Part shown: one piece after another, positions 62,420 to 64,000 of the stretch
Position numbering within the stretch: position 1 is the first letter of the stretch
How the letters are laid out: every line of letters starts with the position of its first letter
NCBI GenBank assembly: GCA_002269645.1
Contig: NIVC01003265.1
Coordinates: 44,258-108,257 of the forward strand
DNA: 64,000 bases
Source of the DNA: Macrostomum lignano
Taxonomy: Eukaryota
Reading direction: 5' to 3'
Notes under the pieces: model-generated
What the model saw: the letters and a program-made list of their open reading frames with translations, nothing else
Told to the model about the DNA's origin: nothing
Databases searched by the model: none
Program-made: the position numbers and the translations under genes

Positions 62420-63090
62420 AGTCACTTGAACATCTAGTCAGCTAGTCACTTGAGCATCTAGTCATCTGGTCACTTGAACATCTAGTCATCTGGTCACTTG
62501 AGCATCTAGTCATCTGGTCACTTGAGCATCTAGTCATCTAGTCACTTGAGCATCTAGTCATCTGGTCACTTGAGCATCTAGTCATCTGGTCACTTGAGCA
62601 TCTAGTCATCTGGTCACTTGAGCATCTAGTCATCTGGTCACTTGAACATCTAGTCATCTGGTCACTTGAGCATCTAGTCATCTAGTCACTTGAGCATCTA
62701 GTCATCTGGTCACTTGAGCATCTAGTCATCTGGTCACTTGAGCATCTAGTCATCTGGTCACTTGAGCATCTAGTCATCTGGTCACTTGAGCATCTAGTCA
62801 TCTGGTCACTTGAGCATCTAGTCATCTGGTCACTTGAACATCTAGTCATCTGGTCACTTGAGCATCTAGTCAGCTAGTCACTTGAGCATCTAGTCATCTG
62901 GTCACTTGACATCTAGTCATCTGGTCACTTGAGCATCTAGTCATCTGGTCACTTGAGCATCTAGTCATCTGGTCACTTGAGCATCTAGTCATCTAGTCAC
63001 TTGAGCATCTAGTCATCTGGTCACTTGAGCATCTAGTCATCTGGTCACTTGAGCATCTAGTCATCTGGTCACTTGAGCATCTAGTCATCT
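62420..63090. repeat. 24-nt minisatellite CATCTAGTCATCTGGTCACTTGAG
   Basis: Direct reading. Confidence 0.95.
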
Positions 63091-63309
63091 AGTAACCAAG
63101 TCGTCTAGTCACCCAATCATCTAATTACCGAATCCTCTAGTTATCTAGTGATCTGATCACATGGTCATCTAGTCATCCATCTACTGCAGATGCGAGCCAC
63201 CTCCAGAGCTGCTCGTCTCGCTCAGCACTGAGCAATAAAAGCGAGTGAATGAGGACAGCACTTGATGGCGCTGCCAGGCCTCCGATGCCGACTGTTTATG
63301 CAATCATGC

Positions 63310-63778
63310 TCTGTTTACAGCCTGTGCCACTCCATCTGTTTACAGCCTGTGCCACTCCATCTGTTTACAGCCTGTGCCACTCCATCTGTTTACAGCCTGT
63401 GCCACTCCATCTGTTTACAGCCTGTGCCACTCCATCTGTTTACAGCCTGTGCCACTCCATCTGTTTACAGCCTGTGCCACTCCATCTGTTTACAGCCTGT
63501 GCCACTCCATCTGTTTACAGCCTGTGCCACTCCATCTGTTTACAGCCTGTGCCACTCCATCTGTTTACAGCCTGTGCCACTCCATCTGTTTACAGCCTGT
63601 GCCACTCCATCTGTTTACAGCCTGTGCCACTCCATCTGTTTACAGCCTGTGCCACTCCATCTGTTTACAGCCTGTGCCACTCCATCTGTTTACAGCCTGT
63701 GCCACTCCATCTGTTTACAGCCTGTGCCACTCCATCTGTTTACAGCCTGTGCCACTCCATCTGTTTACAGCCTGTGCT
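63310..63778. repeat. 25-nt homogeneous minisatellite CTGTTTACAGCCTGTGCCACTCCAT
   Basis: Direct reading. Confidence 0.95.
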
Positions 63779-64000
63779 GCTGCTGCACAATTAAAACAAG
63801 AAAACACCCGAATCACCCGGCAGTTGAGGCTGTTAAATGCGTGCGAATTGGGAAGGCTGGGGATTTGGGATTTCACTTTTCGCGCCTCCGCAGCTTTTCC
63901 TGGAATGGGAGCCGCTTCAAGTGGTTGTGGCGCAGCTCCGGCACAGGGATGCAGCTGCTTGATGCAGCCACTTGTGCGCACTGCGACAGATGTAGCAATT

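Overview
Eukaryotic, intron-rich, GC3-rich animal genomic DNA. The style (nearly every intron filled by its own tandem repeat) suggests a free-living flatworm such as Macrostomum; this is inference only. Four protein-coding genes could be assembled by hand from GT/AG sites with consistent exon phases. (1) + strand STAC-like gene, 9561-31168: N-terminal F-BAR, STAC 'DPVY' motif, C-terminal SH3 plus degenerate SH3, no visible C1 domain, an internal TATA promoter and a run of phase-1 cassette exons. (2) - strand, 4-exon, ~698-aa SLC6/NSS-fold protein, 32045-38389, in which the canonical Na+/substrate/gate residues are replaced. (3) + strand ARHGEF17 orthologue, 41713-56822 (DH-PH plus C-terminal beta-propeller), with a 14-aa repeat N-terminus containing a 1-nt frameshift. 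(4) - strand, ~758-aa unrecognised protein, 57866-60920, built from repeated EEWTVY modules and R/E-rich helices. About a third of the window (~20 kb by hand count) is >30 unrelated mini/microsatellites, many seeded at splice junctions. Also present: two copies of a tRNA-derived SINE, a diverged duplicate of an ARHGEF17 exon/intron piece 12 kb upstream that is in frame with an orphan exon, and a palindromic bidirectional AATAAA between genes 3 and 4. Most long ORFs in the supplied track are repeat or antisense artefacts. No CRISPR, rRNA or intact tRNA was seen.
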